A stretch of 64,000 nucleotides of DNA from a virus, in the IMG/VR virus record IMGVR_UViG_3300023174_000001, positions 1 to 64,000 of that record. The stretch is one strand, 5' to 3'. The notes beneath the pieces were generated by a model. It had not been told where the DNA came from and made no database searches. It saw only the letters and a list, made by a program, of their open reading frames with translations. Positions 1 through 9,856 of the stretch are shown in pieces; the first letter of the stretch is position 1, and every line of letters begins with the position of its first letter. Both the position numbers and the translations under genes were made by a program.

Positions 1-1
1 T

Positions 2-565
2 ACAGTCGCTATCCTCTCAAGCAACAATCAAATGCTTTTCCACAGCAAAAACTTTGACCACCTACAAACTTTTGGTGGCACTCCACTGGTAGTAGGTTCT
101 GGCTACACTGGCAACGGTCCTCGTATTCCTGTTGCTACTGCAACTATTAGCGGTAGTACTACGCTGACTATAAACACTTCAGGCGACCACTACCTACTTG
201 CAGGTGACACTGTTCGCTACTCTGTTGTTGGAGCAAACATCAACCAGTCTTCTACTTCTACAGCAGTTGTCACTAAAGTCGACGCTGATACAGTAACAAT
301 TACTATTGCAAGTGCCACTAACCGTTCTCAAGAAACGGTAACTGGTTATATTCAGCAGTTGGGAACCAACTCTGCAAAATGGATTTACGCTACTGGCAAT
401 GTCAAGACTTACCTTGGCAATGTAGATGTAGTAAATGACAACCTAGGTCAAGGTTATGACATTGCAGGAAACAAGAATGACATCAGATTAAAGGCAATCC
501 GACCTGCTGCGGTTTACTTTGATACATCCATCCACCTCGCTGTTCGAGTCGACCTAACAGCATAA
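2..565 (+). CDS. 5'-truncated virion protein, probably capsid-associated/minor capsid, with an inserted beta-module
   Basis: Frame is open from the window edge; lies directly upstream of the tail tube genes; contains TINTSGDHYLLAGDTV, the H-x-L-x-x-G-D module seen in other virion proteins here. Confidence 0.5.
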   Translation, partial: TVAILSSNNQMLFHSKNFDHLQTFGGTPLVVGSGYTGNGPRIPVATATISGSTTLTINTSGDHYLLAGDTVRYSVVGANINQSSTSTAVVTKVDADTVTITIASATNRSQETVTGYIQQLGTNSAKWIYATGNVKTYLGNVDVVNDNLGQGYDIAGNKNDIRLKAIRPAAVYFDTSIHLAVRVDLTA

Positions 566-586
566 CAATTAAGGAAAAACAGTCAA

Positions 587-1702
587 ATGGCTACTCAAGA
601 ATATGCTGCTAGCATCCAAGGTGTGTCAATCCGTGTTACACGCCTAGACGCTGCTGGCAACCTACTAAACGGGGCTGGAGACTCTTACACTACTTCAGCC
701 TTTATGCGTGTCTCATTCACCCCTGAATATGAAGAGGGCGATGAAATTACCGAAAAGTCAGCAAACGGTACCGTTTGTGTAACTTACAAGGCTCCAGATA
801 CTTTGAAGCGTATCACTATGGAACTTGCCATCTGTGAACCAGACTCTGAACTTTCACAACTACTGTCTGGAGGTCTACTTCTTCGTAAGACCGTAGATGG
901 CGTTGTAAAGAGCGTTGGTTGGGCAGCCCCTGGTGTTGGAGACGACCCAGCAGGTTTTGGTGTCGCTATTGAGGCTTGGTCTCACGCAGTAAAGGATGGT
1001 AAGCGTGCTTCTGTATTGCCTTACTTCCACTGGGTATTCCCATATGCTAAGTTGCGTCAGTCTGGTGACCGTGTAATTGAAAACGGTATGCTAGCCACAA
1101 CTTTTGAAGGCTATGGTCTTGGAAACCGCAACTTTGAGTCTGGTGTAGATGGTCGCTGGGAGTTCCCAGTAGCAGCAGAACGCCCTTACTCATATGCTCG
1201 TACTTCTTGGGCTCCAGTTGGTCTACAAGGCTTCTACACTTGGACTGACAACTCTACCGACCAGCAGTTCTTTACCGCTGGTGGAAACATTCAGGGTCAG
1301 ACTACTCCATACATTACTCAGGTTAATGCTAGCGGAACCACTGCAACAGTTATCTTCAGTGCGGCCCACAACCTTGCTACCAACGACAAGATTTATGTAT
1401 CTGGTGCTGGTGAACCGTTCAACACAATCACTTCTGGTGTTCTTGCTACGAATGTTAACGCCACTGCTATCTCGTACACGATTCCAAACTCGTTTACTGG
1501 TACAGCAACTCTTGACAAGTTCAGCAGACTACAAGTTGTTGATGCTATCACCGAGAACGCTGCTTACACCGCAGTCACCACAGCAGCAATTGACACCAAG
1601 TACGCTAACGGTGCTGGTGAGGACACTTACAATGTTCCTGGAAGCCTATCATTTGTTGCTGACAACAATGTTGACTTCATTATCAAGTCAAACGAAGACT
1701 AA
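587..1702 (+). CDS. Major tail (tube) protein, paralog 1
   Basis: RVTRLDAAG...TPEYEEGDEITEKSANG..C..YKAPDTLKR..ELAIC pattern of actinophage tail tube proteins; AAGGA RBS; position before adaptor/TMP. Confidence 0.8.
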   Translation: MATQEYAASIQGVSIRVTRLDAAGNLLNGAGDSYTTSAFMRVSFTPEYEEGDEITEKSANGTVCVTYKAPDTLKRITMELAICEPDSELSQLLSGGLLLRKTVDGVVKSVGWAAPGVGDDPAGFGVAIEAWSHAVKDGKRASVLPYFHWVFPYAKLRQSGDRVIENGMLATTFEGYGLGNRNFESGVDGRWEFPVAAERPYSYARTSWAPVGLQGFYTWTDNSTDQQFFTAGGNIQGQTTPYITQVNASGTTATVIFSAAHNLATNDKIYVSGAGEPFNTITSGVLATNVNATAISYTIPNSFTGTATLDKFSRLQVVDAITENAAYTAVTTAAIDTKYANGAGEDTYNVPGSLSFVADNNVDFIIKSNED

Positions 1703-1717
1703 GGAGAAAAAGTCTAA

Positions 1718-3055
1718 ATGGCTACCCAAGAATACGCAGCAAGCATCCAAGGTGTATCTATTCGAGTTACTCGTCTAGACGCTGCTGGAAACTTGCTTAA
1801 TGGTGCTGGTGACTCGTACACCACTTCTGCGTTTATGCGTGTGTCTTTCACACCAGAGTACGAAGAAGGTGACGAAATCACTGAGAAGAGTGCTAACGGA
1901 ACTGTATGTGTAACATACAAGGCTCCTGACACTCTAAAGAGAATTACTATGGAGTTGGCTATTTGTGAGCCAGACTCTGAACTTTCTCAGTTGCTTTCTG
2001 GTGGTCTATTGCTTCGCAAAACAGTTGACGGAGTTGTAAAGTCTGTTGGTTGGGCTGCTCCAGGCGTAGGTGATGACCCTGCTGGTAATGGCGTTGCCAT
2101 TGAAGCGTGGTCACACGCTGTAAAAGACGGAAAGCGTGCAAGCGTTCTTCCATACTTCCACTGGGTATTTCCTTACGCAAAACTTCGTCAGAGTGGTGAC
2201 AGAGTTATTGAAAATGGTATGTTGGCAACCACATTCGAGGGTTACGGTCTAGGAAACAAGAACTTTGGTTCTGCTGTTGATGGCCGTTGGGAATTCCCTG
2301 TTGCTGCTGAAAGACCATACTCTTACTCAAGAGCATCTTGGGCACCTATCGGGCTTGCTGGCTTCTACACTTGGACTGACCAGGCTTCTTACCAGAAGTT
2401 CTTTACCAAGTCTGCAATTCAGGGTGCTACCACTATTGCTGTTGACAGCATTTACGGTGTATCCAATGTTGCTACTGTAACTCTAAGCAATACTGCTACT
2501 AATGCTGGAATTGTTACTGGAGACCTAATCTATGTAAACAACTGTGGCGAGCCTTTCAATACGGCAACTATTGGTACAGCAATCACGGTGTTGGGAGACC
2601 AGACCGCTTCTGCAAATGTGGCTGTTTCAAATGCGACAATCACTGTTGCTAGCACTACTGGTTATGTAGTTGGTCAGTCTATTGCTAAGGTTTCTGGAGG
2701 GGCAACAATGGCAAATACTACAATTGCTTCGATTGTGAATGCTACCGCATTTACAGTTACTGGGGCACCTACTGGTGCTGGAAACTTAGTGTTTAGCATT
2801 GCTGGCGGAAATGCGTTCTACTACACAACTAACGCAAACCTTTCAGCAAACCTAACAGCAACGCTGGACAAGTACAGTCGTGTTAGCCTAGTTGACAGTC
2901 TGACTGAGGCTGGTTCATACACAGCAGTTACTACCACTGATATTGACACTAAGTATGCTAACGGTGCTGGTGAAGATACCTACAATGTTCCTGGCAACTT
3001 GAACTATGTATCTGACAACAATGTTGACTTCATTATCAAGTCAAACGAGGACTAA
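1718..3055 (+). CDS. Major tail (tube) protein, paralog 2, with a larger inserted domain
   Basis: 179 of first 180 aa identical to paralog 1; AAGGAG RBS; same C-terminal DFIIKSNED. Confidence 0.8.
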   Translation: MATQEYAASIQGVSIRVTRLDAAGNLLNGAGDSYTTSAFMRVSFTPEYEEGDEITEKSANGTVCVTYKAPDTLKRITMELAICEPDSELSQLLSGGLLLRKTVDGVVKSVGWAAPGVGDDPAGNGVAIEAWSHAVKDGKRASVLPYFHWVFPYAKLRQSGDRVIENGMLATTFEGYGLGNKNFGSAVDGRWEFPVAAERPYSYSRASWAPIGLAGFYTWTDQASYQKFFTKSAIQGATTIAVDSIYGVSNVATVTLSNTATNAGIVTGDLIYVNNCGEPFNTATIGTAITVLGDQTASANVAVSNATITVASTTGYVVGQSIAKVSGGATMANTTIASIVNATAFTVTGAPTGAGNLVFSIAGGNAFYYTTNANLSANLTATLDKYSRVSLVDSLTEAGSYTAVTTTDIDTKYANGAGEDTYNVPGNLNYVSDNNVDFIIKSNED

Positions 3056-3067
3056 TAGTTAGATAGA

Positions 3068-3117
3068 AAGGCGGCGAGATTGGTTGATTTTCTTCCAATT
3101 CTCGTCGCCTTACTTCT
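3068..3117 (+). terminator. Stem-loop/likely terminator after the tail tube genes
   Basis: AAGGCGGCGAG...CTCGTCGCCTT inverted repeat followed by a pyrimidine-rich tract. Confidence 0.55.
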
Positions 3118-3132
3118 TACCTAAGGATAGAT

Positions 3133-4239
3133 ATGACTGCTTTATGGATTCAACCAGAAGAGTTAGGTGATTACGCCAACTCTGAGTTTGCTCTAGAGGC
3201 TGCTAAGACTGCTTCACACTTGTTGTGGGCTATGTCTGGTCGTAAATATTCTGGCGAGACTGTCGTTACCGAGCGTTATACCTGCGTAATTCGTCGTTCT
3301 CGTCTTGGTGCGTCAAATAAAAACACAGACGGAGTTTTGTTTGGTGGAACTGTATATAATATTCCATCGTCTGATTTTGACTATGACGGATATGCTTCAC
3401 TAACCGTTGATGGTATCTCACCTGAGTCTCGTATCAAACTTCGTGGCGGACCAGTTACAAGAGTTATTACAGTCAGAAACCGTAATGGTGAATTGGTGGA
3501 CCCATCTAGTTACTACTTAGTAGACCACTCCACTTTACATGTGAGCCTAGCCACCCCTTGGACACCTTGTAATACTGAAATTACTTATGCTTATGGTCAG
3601 AACCCACCGACATCTGGAAAGATGGCGGCACGCACTTTGGCAATTGAATTTGCCAAACTTTGGTCTGATGATGAGACTTGTGCTCTCCCGCAGCGTGTAA
3701 CTTCTGTCTCTCGGCAGGGTGTTTCTTTCACTATTCTTGACCAGCAGGACTTTATTCAAGAATTGCGTACTGGTCTCTATGCTGTTGACTTGTTCTTAAA
3801 AACTGTCAATCCAGATGGTGCTAGAAGGAAAACTAAGGTCTATTCAGTAGACACTCCAAGAGCCAGAAGGTACAACCCTAAAGCACTTGTTTATACGACT
3901 GGCACTAAGGACTTGATAGTTCCACCTGGTACTGGCAATACTGGCTCTACTACTCTAGGGCTAGCAAATATCAATGCTACTTTTTTGACTAGCCAAGCAG
4001 GTTGGACACCAGCACTGACGCTGAAAAGCCACTCAGGTGCTAAGTCTTTAACCTTGAGTAATGCCTCGGCAAATGTAAATACTAATGCTTCTACCATTAC
4101 TTTGTCTGCTGGTTATTCAGACACTTTGGCAACAATCGGTATGGTAGACCCAGGCACTTGGGACTTGTATGCCACCCACACAAACAACAGCGTTGTGCTA
4201 ATCACATCAGGAAACCTAAAAATCAACCTAAATGGTTAG
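3133..4239 (+). CDS. Head-to-tail adaptor with C-terminal Ig/BppU-like extension
   Basis: ASHLLWAMSGRKY, C.LPQRVTSVSRQGVS, TGLYAVDLFL motifs typical of actinophage adaptors; C-terminal PGTWDLY beta domain. Confidence 0.7.
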   Translation: MTALWIQPEELGDYANSEFALEAAKTASHLLWAMSGRKYSGETVVTERYTCVIRRSRLGASNKNTDGVLFGGTVYNIPSSDFDYDGYASLTVDGISPESRIKLRGGPVTRVITVRNRNGELVDPSSYYLVDHSTLHVSLATPWTPCNTEITYAYGQNPPTSGKMAARTLAIEFAKLWSDDETCALPQRVTSVSRQGVSFTILDQQDFIQELRTGLYAVDLFLKTVNPDGARRKTKVYSVDTPRARRYNPKALVYTTGTKDLIVPPGTGNTGSTTLGLANINATFLTSQAGWTPALTLKSHSGAKSLTLSNASANVNTNASTITLSAGYSDTLATIGMVDPGTWDLYATHTNNSVVLITSGNLKINLNG

Positions 4240-4277
4240 TTCTACAATAGAAGTAGCCCCTAAAAGAAAGTAAAAAT

Positions 4278-4502
4278 ATGACACACATTCAAACAAACTT
4301 TACTGCTGAAGCAATGAACACTGGTAAAAAGACAGATGCTGTAGTAGCACCTGTAGAGGCAGAGCCTAAGAAAAAGGTAGAGCCTGAGCCTGTTGCTGAA
4401 GTTGTAGTAGAGACTCCAGTTGTTGAAGAAGTTGTAGTAGTCGAAGAGACTTCAGTTGTCGAAGAGACAGTTGTAGTTGAAGAGGCTCCACTAGCCGAAT
4501 AG
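4278..4502 (+). CDS. Small acidic low-complexity protein (VVEE repeats)
   Basis: ORF with upstream -10-like TACAAT; E/V-rich repeats. Confidence 0.6.
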   Translation: MTHIQTNFTAEAMNTGKKTDAVVAPVEAEPKKKVEPEPVAEVVVETPVVEEVVVVEETSVVEETVVVEEAPLAE

Positions 4503-4512
4503 TAGGCAACTT

Positions 4513-5016
4513 ATGTCAACGACAACAATCGCAGATGTTTCGAGCGATGCCCTAAGTCTAAAAAATATGATGGATGGGATACTTTTGCGTATCGAAACTG
4601 TTTTTCAGTCATACAATGTGCCACTTCCGTCACGCCGTTATTGGACAATGGGAGAGGTAGCCGTCGACTGCGAGCAAGTTGTTGTGAACTTTTTACAAAT
4701 GTATTTAGGTACACCTGGAGATGAGCAATCTACTCCTCAGCGATGCCATGTGCCACGCACTGCTACGGTAATTATTAGTATCTCTAGGCAAGTTGCTACC
4801 GTTAGTCAGAATGGTAGACCTCCTACTGGAGACAAAATTACTGAAAGTTCTTACTCTTCTGCTATTGACGCTTGGGTTCTTATGGAGTCTTTGCGTGAAT
4901 TTGATATGTGGGATGACTCTGGTTATGGATTAGGAGTAATTGCCACCCTTGACACCTCTGGTCCCGAAGGTGGATTCCAAACTGTCAATATGCAACTAAC
5001 ACTTGGTGTCCCATAA
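4513..5016 (+). CDS. Putative tail terminator protein
   Basis: VAVDCEQ and GPEGG motifs; synteny between adaptor and chaperones. Confidence 0.6.
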   Translation: MSTTTIADVSSDALSLKNMMDGILLRIETVFQSYNVPLPSRRYWTMGEVAVDCEQVVVNFLQMYLGTPGDEQSTPQRCHVPRTATVIISISRQVATVSQNGRPPTGDKITESSYSSAIDAWVLMESLREFDMWDDSGYGLGVIATLDTSGPEGGFQTVNMQLTLGVP

Positions 5017-5576
5017 TGCCTTACGGATTACCAGACAGTTGGTTAGGATATGGGGCTCAAAAAGCATTTAAGGGATTAGCAAGAGCAACTAGGGTAGGTG
5101 GAGGTAGAGGCAGTCGTGGCTCATCTTCATCTACTCAATATAGTTATAGATTTCAAAAACTTGTTTTGTATACGCCTATATTAGAGGCTGAATTAAAAAC
5201 TTCTAAAGGCCAATTGTGGAAAACCCTTGAGCGTAGAGGAAAACTAAGTTTATTACTAGCCAAAAACCAAGTTGGTAAAAAAACAGGAAAATTGGCACTG
5301 TCCATAAAAATGGACCACATAACGACTCCCCGTGGTCAAGAACTAAAAATTGGCTCTAAAAACAATATTGCCTACCTACATCACGAAGGCACCAGACCCC
5401 ACTTAATTAAACCAAAAAATGCCCCCCAATTGGTATTTATGAGCAAAGGCAGAATAATTAGAACTCAGTTGGTTAGACACCCTGGCACTAAGCCAAATAG
5501 ATACCTTTCCGACCAACTGTTTATTTTTCAAGATTTAGCAACCATCTATAAAGGTAAGTCTTTTCCTAAGGTTTAG
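5016..5576 (+). CDS. HK97 gp10-like neck/tail completion protein
   Basis: KTGKLALSI, YLHHEGTRPHLIKPK, VRHPGTKPNRYL motifs; TAATG coupling. Confidence 0.7.
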   Translation: MPYGLPDSWLGYGAQKAFKGLARATRVGGGRGSRGSSSSTQYSYRFQKLVLYTPILEAELKTSKGQLWKTLERRGKLSLLLAKNQVGKKTGKLALSIKMDHITTPRGQELKIGSKNNIAYLHHEGTRPHLIKPKNAPQLVFMSKGRIIRTQLVRHPGTKPNRYLSDQLFIFQDLATIYKGKSFPKV

Positions 5577-5663
5577 TGAAATCACTACTTTTTTTATAAA
5601 GTAAAATAGTTTTAGGTTGAAACGCAACCTGAATTACACATTCACAAGAAAGATTATATAAAT

Positions 5664-5990
5664 ATGCCTAGATTTAAAGACTTTGGAAATGGCGGAGATG
5701 CCGCTCAAGCCGAGCCAATTTCATTCAAGTTGTGGGGCGAAGAGTTCCACTGCGTACCATCAATTCAAGGAAAACTACTTCTTGAGATTGTTTCTGACTC
5801 TTCCTCAGATGACCCATCAAAATCTGCTTTAGTTATGGAAAAATTCTTTGCCGCTGTACTAAAGCCAGACAGCAAAAAGAAATTTGACACCGTTCTTTCT
5901 GACCCTGAGCAAATTACTACTCTAGATACTCTAGGTGACATTGTTGCTTGGTTGATGGAAGAGTATTCAAACCGCCCAAAAGAGCAGTAG
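5664..5990 (+). CDS. Tail assembly chaperone (gpG-like)
   Basis: Directly upstream of TMP; ends just after an in-frame slippery heptamer. Confidence 0.75.
   Translation: MPRFKDFGNGGDAAQAEPISFKLWGEEFHCVPSIQGKLLLEIVSDSSSDDPSKSALVMEKFFAAVLKPDSKKKFDTVLSDPEQITTLDTLGDIVAWLMEEYSNRPKEQ
5975..5981 (+). other. -1 programmed ribosomal frameshift site CCCAAAA
   Basis: C CCA AAA is X XXY YYZ in the chaperone frame; the -1 frame reads PKRAVDSLLEW and stays open to 6385. Confidence 0.75.
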
Positions 5991-6385
5991 ACAGCCTCCT
6001 AGAGTGGGCTGTTAGCCTTTGGCATTATGTAAATGGAAAAGCGTTAATGAATGGCATAAATTTATCAAGCATGGAGGCAGACGACATGCTTGATATCATT
6101 CATTATCTCTTTGAAGAAGACTTACGCTATTCCACTGGTGAACAAGCACAGGCCGTAGAAAAAACTAGAGAAATCATCTACGGTCAACTTTACGGACAAG
6201 AATACATATTTAAAGGCAGTACTTCTAATAAAGCGTCTACAAATTCTTTTAATGAATTTGATGATATTCAGCCATTTGACCCTAAAAAGAAAGTCACTAA
6301 GCCGTTCATCCCAGCAACGGAGTTTGACCCAGACACTGGTATTCCATTGACTGGAAATGGTCGATTAGAAGCACCACTTAACTAA
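5975..6385 (+). CDS. Tail assembly chaperone frameshift extension (gpGT-like C-terminal part)
   Basis: -1 frame ORF (track 5948..6385) overlapping the chaperone end and finishing 18 nt before TMP. Confidence 0.7.
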   Translation, partial: PKRAVDSLLEWAVSLWHYVNGKALMNGINLSSMEADDMLDIIHYLFEEDLRYSTGEQAQAVEKTREIIYGQLYGQEYIFKGSTSNKASTNSFNEFDDIQPFDPKKKVTKPFIPATEFDPDTGIPLTGNGRLEAPLN

Positions 6386-6403
6386 GGAGGAGGTGAATAA
6401 AAA

Positions 6404-9400
6404 ATGCCAGTCGTAGGTGAAGCCCATATTATCGTTAGGGCCATTACAACCAATGTTGCTAAAGACATTAATAAAGGTTTTAATGGCGTAAGCGGTTCGG
6501 GCGGAAAAAATGCTGAAAAGGCTGGACAAGACCTATCCTCTAGATTTATGAGGGGTTGGAATAAAGAAATGGACACCAACCCATTCACAAAACTCTCTAA
6601 TGCCTTAAAAGAAATGAACCCAGCCGCCGAGCAGGGATATAACGCAATTAATGAATTAATTGTAAAAGGCTATAAGGGTGCTACAATGGCTTCCGTTTTT
6701 GGTGGCTCAATTGGTGTAATAATAGGTGCACTTGTATCTTTAGTTGCTGCGGCTGCTGGTGCTGCTACTGCTTTGACAGCAGTAGTTGGATTATTTGTAT
6801 CTATGAAAGCAGCCACGGCTGTTGCAAAGATGGCATTTAATGGTGTTGGAGAAGCAGTACAACAAGCAACACAGCAACAAAAAGTTCAAGTACAAACTTT
6901 ACAAGATTTACGAGAAGAACTTCAACAATTAAAGTTTGATGCTGAAGACGCTGCTTTAGCCGAGGAACAGGCTGCTATATCTTTAGAAAAAGCCCGTGAA
7001 GGTCTTGCTAGAACTGCTGATTTACCAGCCGACAGTCGTGCTCGTCGTGAAGCAGAACTTGCTTACAAGCAAGCAGAACTAAACTATCGCCGTGCTAAAG
7101 ATAGAAGTGCTGACCTAAATAAAGAACTAAAGACTGGGGCAAAGGCTAGAGCAAAGGCTGCTGCCAATGACCCGTATGCCAACCTTACCGAGACTCAAAA
7201 AAGTTTTGCCAAGTTCCTTGTAAAACTACAGCCTATTTTTAAAACTCTTAGAGAAGCCGTTGCCAAGGGGTTCTTGCCACTGCTACAAGCAGGTTTGACA
7301 AAACTTATGACTTCTGGCACTTTCAATGACATTTTTAATGGCATTAAAAATATTGGTGCTGCTTTGGGCAAGGCTTCAAAAGTACTGTTTGACTTCTTTT
7401 CTTCCGCCGAGGCTGGCAGATATCTAAGAGAAATCTTTGACATGATTTCTGGAGTTGTGAAAGAATTTGGCCCTATTCTTTCTAAATTCTTTAAATCTTT
7501 CCTAAAAATTCTTGCTGCTTCTGCTCCTATCACTCGAAGGCTTGCCGAGTTTATTTCTAAATTGCTCGGTGATTTCAATGCTTTATTGGATAGAACTGGA
7601 GATATCGGGCTTAGAAGATTCTTTATTACAGCCGCTGATATGGCTGGTAAATTTGGCAAAATTTTTGGCAATATCTTTGGCGGGTTTGCCAAAATTGTTG
7701 AGGCAAACTTTGGTCCAGGCACTGGTGGTGATTATCTACTCAACTGGCTGATTGAGGCTACTCAAGGTTTTGGCACCATGGGTAAGAGCGGTGGTCAATT
7801 AAAGCAATTCTTTAATGATGTTGCCGTAAACGCTAAGAAGATGTTTAGTGGCATTGGTAGCATTATCAAGCAAATTGTATTAATTGGTGCTGACCCAAAC
7901 ATTGGTGAATTTTTTGTAAGAATTAAAAAGGCTGCTCCTGCTTTTAGTAGCATTTTGAAAAAGGCTGGTCAAGCACTACCTACCGTGGCTGATTTGATTG
8001 TAAAAATTGTTGAAATCATTGACAAAATGACTGACAATGCTGCTATTGAAAACTTTTTTAAGACTCTACTTGCTGGTGCCGATAAGTTCTACAAACTTAT
8101 AAGTAATCCTGTTATTCAAAGTATTCAAAGTTTTACTGGTCAAATTCACGCTGTAACTTTAGGTATTTTAGAACTTTACAAAAAAGGTAAGCCATTATTT
8201 GACTTTTTGTACACAGGATTCCGAAAAGTAAACGGAGCCGTAGGTGGAATTTTTAATTTCTTTAGGGCTAATAAAGAAACTATAAAAAATATTTTTGGTA
8301 AAGATGCAGTCAAAACAATAAAAACAATGACTGGTACCGTCACAAATATGAAAGACAAAATTGCCAAAACTATGGCAAGTTTCAAAAAAAGTGCGGAGTT
8401 TGTAAAGTTTGGTCCAAAATTAGCAAAGGGTCAGGCTGATGGTAGGTCTAGAGACTATACGGGTGTTTTAAAAAATACTCGTGGTGCTGCTGCCATGAAA
8501 AATGTCTCTGAGAAAACAAGAAAATTGTTGGCTGCCGATAGCGGTGCTTTAAGTAATTTCTGGGGAAAAGTCAGGCTACAGTACGAAATGGCTATGCTGA
8601 GAATGAAGTTGTACTTCAAGGGGGCCAGAAGCGGATTTGCCAAAATGAAGGTTCAGGGCTCAAGCACTTTAGCCACTCTTGACAGAAGATTCATACAAAT
8701 GACCAAAAGCACAAATAAATCTATTGCTGCTTTTGGTAGGTTGGGCAGAGCAATGACATTCCTGCTTAGAAACCCAATACTACTTGCAATTGGTTTACTA
8801 ATAGCGGCATTTGTCCTTCTTTACACAAAGAATGAAAAGTTTAGAAATGCCATTAATGACACTTTCAAACCAGCCCTAGACGCTTTGGGTGAAGCATTTA
8901 GAGTAATTATGCTTGCTCTACAGCCAGTAATCAATGCTTTCAAAGTTCTTATGAAAACTTTGATGGGCGGTGAAAACGGAGACGGTCAAGGTCCGCTTGT
9001 AAAATTCTTTATAATGCTGACAGACATCATAAGTCAACTAATACAAATGTTAGCACCTCTAATTGCTCAGTTAGTGACAAAACTTGCTCCAGTTATAGAA
9101 CAACTAATTTTGGCTTTGGTACCAATAGTAGAAGTAATTATGAAGATATGGTTTACTATTCAAGGTGCACTAATGAAAGTCATTATGACTCTTGTGCCGA
9201 TAATTCTAAAACTTGTTACGGTATTGGTTGACATGCTTATGCCAGTATTTGACGCTTTAATACAGTTCTTGTTGCCAATAATTAAATACATTGGATTGCT
9301 CTTTGAATTGATTGGTGCTGGGCTTGACCTCCTAATGACTGGAGATATGGACACATTCCAAAAAAAGTTTGCGGAAATTGGTCAATCAATAGTACAAACT

Positions 9401-9856
9401 TTGGCTGACATTTTTACTGGATTTGTTAATCTAATAATTTCACTCCTAAACCTATTACTAAAAGTAATGATAAACAGCGGAGTTTTGTCTATTCTTGCTG
9501 ACATTGTAAAGGCGGTTTCTGGCGGAACCATTGATATTAAGGCAATGGTAAATGGTGGATTAATACCTTCAATGCCTAGAATTCAAGTTCCTCAGTTATT
9601 TGCTGAAGGTGGAGTTGTTAGCCCGTCTTCTGGCGGTACTTTAGGTATTCTTGCCGAGGCTGGAAAGCCTGAGCGTGTAGAGCCACTAGACCCTGATGGT
9701 TTGTCAAAGCGAGATAAAGCAATGATTCAAATGATGGGTGGAGGGAACGGTGGCATAAATGTTACTGTTCACGGAAGTCCAGGTATGGATGTAAATGCTT
9801 TGGCTGCTGAGGTAAGTAGAAGGCTTGCCTTCCAAATGCGTAAGGGTGCTGTCTAA
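6404..9856 (+). CDS. Tape measure protein
   Basis: 1150 aa, helical/amphipathic repeats, N-terminal VGEAHIIVRA, C-terminal FAEGGVV...AEAG.PE; AGGAGG RBS. Confidence 0.9.
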   Translation: MPVVGEAHIIVRAITTNVAKDINKGFNGVSGSGGKNAEKAGQDLSSRFMRGWNKEMDTNPFTKLSNALKEMNPAAEQGYNAINELIVKGYKGATMASVFGGSIGVIIGALVSLVAAAAGAATALTAVVGLFVSMKAATAVAKMAFNGVGEAVQQATQQQKVQVQTLQDLREELQQLKFDAEDAALAEEQAAISLEKAREGLARTADLPADSRARREAELAYKQAELNYRRAKDRSADLNKELKTGAKARAKAAANDPYANLTETQKSFAKFLVKLQPIFKTLREAVAKGFLPLLQAGLTKLMTSGTFNDIFNGIKNIGAALGKASKVLFDFFSSAEAGRYLREIFDMISGVVKEFGPILSKFFKSFLKILAASAPITRRLAEFISKLLGDFNALLDRTGDIGLRRFFITAADMAGKFGKIFGNIFGGFAKIVEANFGPGTGGDYLLNWLIEATQGFGTMGKSGGQLKQFFNDVAVNAKKMFSGIGSIIKQIVLIGADPNIGEFFVRIKKAAPAFSSILKKAGQALPTVADLIVKIVEIIDKMTDNAAIENFFKTLLAGADKFYKLISNPVIQSIQSFTGQIHAVTLGILELYKKGKPLFDFLYTGFRKVNGAVGGIFNFFRANKETIKNIFGKDAVKTIKTMTGTVTNMKDKIAKTMASFKKSAEFVKFGPKLAKGQADGRSRDYTGVLKNTRGAAAMKNVSEKTRKLLAADSGALSNFWGKVRLQYEMAMLRMKLYFKGARSGFAKMKVQGSSTLATLDRRFIQMTKSTNKSIAAFGRLGRAMTFLLRNPILLAIGLLIAAFVLLYTKNEKFRNAINDTFKPALDALGEAFRVIMLALQPVINAFKVLMKTLMGGENGDGQGPLVKFFIMLTDIISQLIQMLAPLIAQLVTKLAPVIEQLILALVPIVEVIMKIWFTIQGALMKVIMTLVPIILKLVTVLVDMLMPVFDALIQFLLPIIKYIGLLFELIGAGLDLLMTGDMDTFQKKFAEIGQSIVQTLADIFTGFVNLIISLLNLLLKVMINSGVLSILADIVKAVSGGTIDIKAMVNGGLIPSMPRIQVPQLFAEGGVVSPSSGGTLGILAEAGKPERVEPLDPDGLSKRDKAMIQMMGGGNGGINVTVHGSPGMDVNALAAEVSRRLAFQMRKGAV

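Noticed and set aside
1194-1778. 194-aa alternate-frame ORF spanning the two tail tube genes
   Set aside because: Leu-rich shadow frame caused by T-ending codon bias; no RBS or slippery site seen
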